Below, piece after piece: positions 61,501 to 64,000 of a DNA stretch of 64,000 nt. Position numbers and translations under genes: made by a program. Position 1 is the stretch's first letter; the number at the start of each line of letters is the position of its first letter. Source of the DNA: the human T2T-CHM13v2.0 reference genome, Homo sapiens; NCBI RefSeq assembly GCF_009914755.1, contig NC_060932.1. One strand, written 5' to 3'. The notes below the pieces were generated by a model. That model made no database searches and was not told the origin of the DNA. It saw nothing but the letters and a program-made list of their open reading frames with translations.

Positions 61501-62907
61501 TTCTTCTGCCTACCTACTGATTGCCTATTACAGTCCTATAGTCTGTAATAGAAAGATTACAATATCAGCTTTGGAAACTGTAGAACTACTAAGTTCCAGT
61601 TAATGTGTCAAATAAAATAACAGTGATCTTAGTTCAGTCCCTAGTGGACAAAAGTAGAATAACTATTACTTGGCATGATTCAGCAGGCAATGACCTAAGT
61701 GAGTGTGACCACACAGGAACAAAATAGAGCATTTGTCCTTTCCCTATCTTTTATCTTTTTAAAGGGATTGCCCGGTTAACAGACTAACTTAAAGAAGCCT
61801 GATTGCATACCTATCTACATGTACCAAGTGAATCCATTAACAAGGGAGAGAAGCTTTTCACAAATTGAGACATTGCCTCCCTTCTAGTAGCATAGTCAGT
61901 TGAATATACTTATTCTCGGCTGCCTATTATTAAACAGAGTGCAAAGACAGAATGAATTGCAGAAGTGTGTTCATAATTTAATAGGCTTATCTTCAACAAA
62001 AACTTAAATGGTTTGTAGATAAATAACTGGATAAACTATTCGATTTGATTTCTATAAATTGAGATTACATTCATACTCAACATTAACATTCATCAAATAA
62101 CATGGATACTTAAACTCGCCAGGTACTGTCTCTAACTACAATGCCCTGAGAAGGGAGGTATTTCAGGAATATAGTAGACTACATGCTGCGTTCAGCCCAT
62201 ATCTGCAGGTGCATGTCTTCCTCAACAGCCAGCATGCCCTCATCGTGAGCGAGCAACCCCTTTCCGACAGTTAACATTACAATGTATCTTTTTAATTTTT
62301 TTTCTCAAGGACAGAAGAAAAAAATATTTAACAGAAATCAGTCTACTATTCTACCACTTGCTGAAACTAACAGTTCCCTTTACATAAATATACAATTTCT
62401 CCAACCAAATATCATATTTTATATTTACTCTCACTTCATGTTAATTTTTATAAAGGTTAAAAAAACAAATACTTTGTGATGATTTGCCACCCCAGCGGCA
62501 CAAAATTTTCTGGTGCAAAATCGATTTGATCTTATTAATTAATATTGTCATTATTATTTATTTTTCACCAACTTGCTTAAGAGGTACATACTTTCTTTCT
62601 TAAGGTAGTGTTTTGACAGAGAGAACCTTAATGCTGAACTTTAGAAAAGAGAAACCAAAAATGTCATAAAATTTGCCAGGGCTAGACACACAAACGGGGT
62701 GCCCCCACACATTCATAGGTTTGGGCAAGCCCCCAAACCTTGGCTTACCCAGGAAGCCAAACCCAGACAGCCGTCTTGCAATTGCAAACACTGCCCCCCT
62801 GGAGCAAAAGGTAAATACACAAATGCTCCCCTAAGGAACTTTAAGTTAGCTGCAGTGCAAGAAAGGAAAAAGGTCCGTGCTATTAGAAACTGAAAGCAAT
62901 CACTTAC

Positions 62908-63204
62908 TTTTTGCAGCCACTGAGTATAATTTTCCATCACATGTTCCAGATGTTGAAGTTTCTGGGAAGAGAAATCCGGTTCCACGTGTGGAGCATCTCT
63001 CTGCAGAGCGTTTGTGTTGTACTGGTCTGTCGTACTCTCACGACAGTTGCCATCGTGTTCTGGAAGAATGAAAGTGTAGGCACATTGCCCATGTTGAATC
63101 CGGTTATATCTTCTCCCACTGTTTTCTGGACTTCGGCGCTGATTGCTGCACCCTATGTGAGTCAGAATGGCAGCGAGGAAAGCAAAGGAAAGGAAAACTG
63201 TCAT
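62908..63204 (-). CDS. ANGPT1: Angiopoietin-1, coding part of exon 1 (signal peptide, N-terminal superclustering region, start of coiled coil; aa 1-99)
   Basis: Translation MTVFLSFAFLAAILTHIGCSNQRRSPENSGRRYNRIQHGQCAYTFILPEHDGNCRE...ENYTQWLQK is the ANGPT1 N-terminus. ATG at 63204 (CAT at 63202-63204). The 297 nt end at a canonical donor AAA|GTAAGT (GT at 62907-62906). Confidence 0.98.
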
Positions 63205-63513
63205 TGTACTGCCAGCACACTCCTTCCGTGCCTCTCGCAAAACTTGCTCCTTTCTTCTGACCTCTAAAACTAGTTCTTTATTTCAGGTAAAACTGCTTGT
63301 TTGTTTGACTCTTTCCCCCTCAAAGAAAGCGTTTGAAGAAGAATCATAGAAAACTAGCCATTTGTTAGCTTTGTTCTAAAATTTTAAAATTTTTTATTTC
63401 ACTGCAATGATGTTTTTCTTCGTTAAAACTTGAGATATTTATTGCATAGTAGCTGAGATTTATTGTTTCCTCTCTGTGTGACCGTTCAGCATGGAGCCTG
63501 CCTGAGTCAGCTG
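63205..63513 (-). other. ANGPT1: ANGPT1 5'UTR (exon 1; may extend upstream to ~63700)
   Basis: Contiguous with the ATG. The minus strand reads CAGCTGACTCAGGCAGGCTCCATGCTGAACGG..., matching my recollection of the ANGPT1 cDNA 5' end. The exact TSS cannot be determined from sequence. Confidence 0.75.
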
Positions 63514-63800
63514 CGTGTACATATTCTAGACCCTTTCCTCTACCCTATCTGCTGCAGATCTGCTATTTTCTCCCAGACCTCAGTGAGTTTTATTAAGGTT
63601 GCACATCCAAGCCAAGCTGGAAGCAGGCAGCCTTTCACAAGATGACTTGACAGGAATGCATGAGTGTGCCCCTATACTAAGGATTGCTGATGGCTTAGGG
63701 CGGCGGGATCGTCTTACAAATTGGCTAGATGCGCATGACCTCGATCATGTATGGCCCTCCCGCCCCTTTCCACAGACAATTGCCTTGAGCCTTTAGCAGA
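63500..63800 (-). promoter_or_regulatory. ANGPT1 proximal promoter / TSS region
   Basis: Immediately upstream of exon 1. AP-1 TGAGTCA (63503-63509) overlaps E-box CAGCTG (63508-63513). Also a TEAD-like GGAATG (~63653), a local CpG cluster at 63695-63770, TGCGCATG (~63730) and a GC box CCCTCCCGCCCC (63755-63766). Confidence 0.6.
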
Positions 63801-64000
63801 TTCATGGCAAATCAATAAATAGAGCAGTCCACCTTAATACACTTTTGGTGTGCATGCTGACCTACTAAAATATAGCAAACTAGCAGTATGTTTTTAAAGT
63901 TACTATTTAGTCGAGGGACCCTAAGAAGAAAATTGGCATAATGTCCAATGGAATTATTTTTGATAGAGAATGATAAACCCATATCATTATTAAATGTCTT

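Noticed and set aside
63205-63240. 12-aa N-terminal extension (MREARKECAGST) in the ORF track
   Set aside because: It starts at TTG, an ORF-caller alternative start. The recognised ANGPT1 start is the ATG at 63204.

Overview
This is primate, most likely human, genomic DNA. It contains Alu, L1PA, THE1 and HSMAR2 elements, and the exon matches human ANGPT1 as I recall it. The window covers the 5' end of ANGPT1 (angiopoietin-1) on the minus strand. The promoter and 5'UTR lie at about 63.2-63.8 kb, coding exon 1 is at 62908-63204 (99 codons, phase-0 GT donor), and the remaining ~62.9 kb is intron 1. Exon 2 is not in the window. The intron is AT-rich and full of repeats: 10 Alus, two L1PA insertions, older L1M/L2/L3/MIR fragments, MaLR solo LTRs, hAT MITEs and a near full-length HSMAR2 mariner. 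The other ORFs in the track are repeat-derived or look like chance. I found no convincing novel biological system. The structures the repeats do not explain are (1) a 72-bp, 70/72-identical inverted repeat that I do not recognise as a TE, enclosing 1.7 kb; (2) a local ~185-bp duplication, one copy of which carries an 85-nt poly(A)-tailed retro-insertion with a TSD; (3) a nested MLT1 > HSMAR2 > THE1 + Alu stack; and (4) a 5'UTR with four uORFs and four AATAAA hexamers. Repeat subfamily calls come from memory of consensus sequences, and the boundaries of old repeats are approximate.
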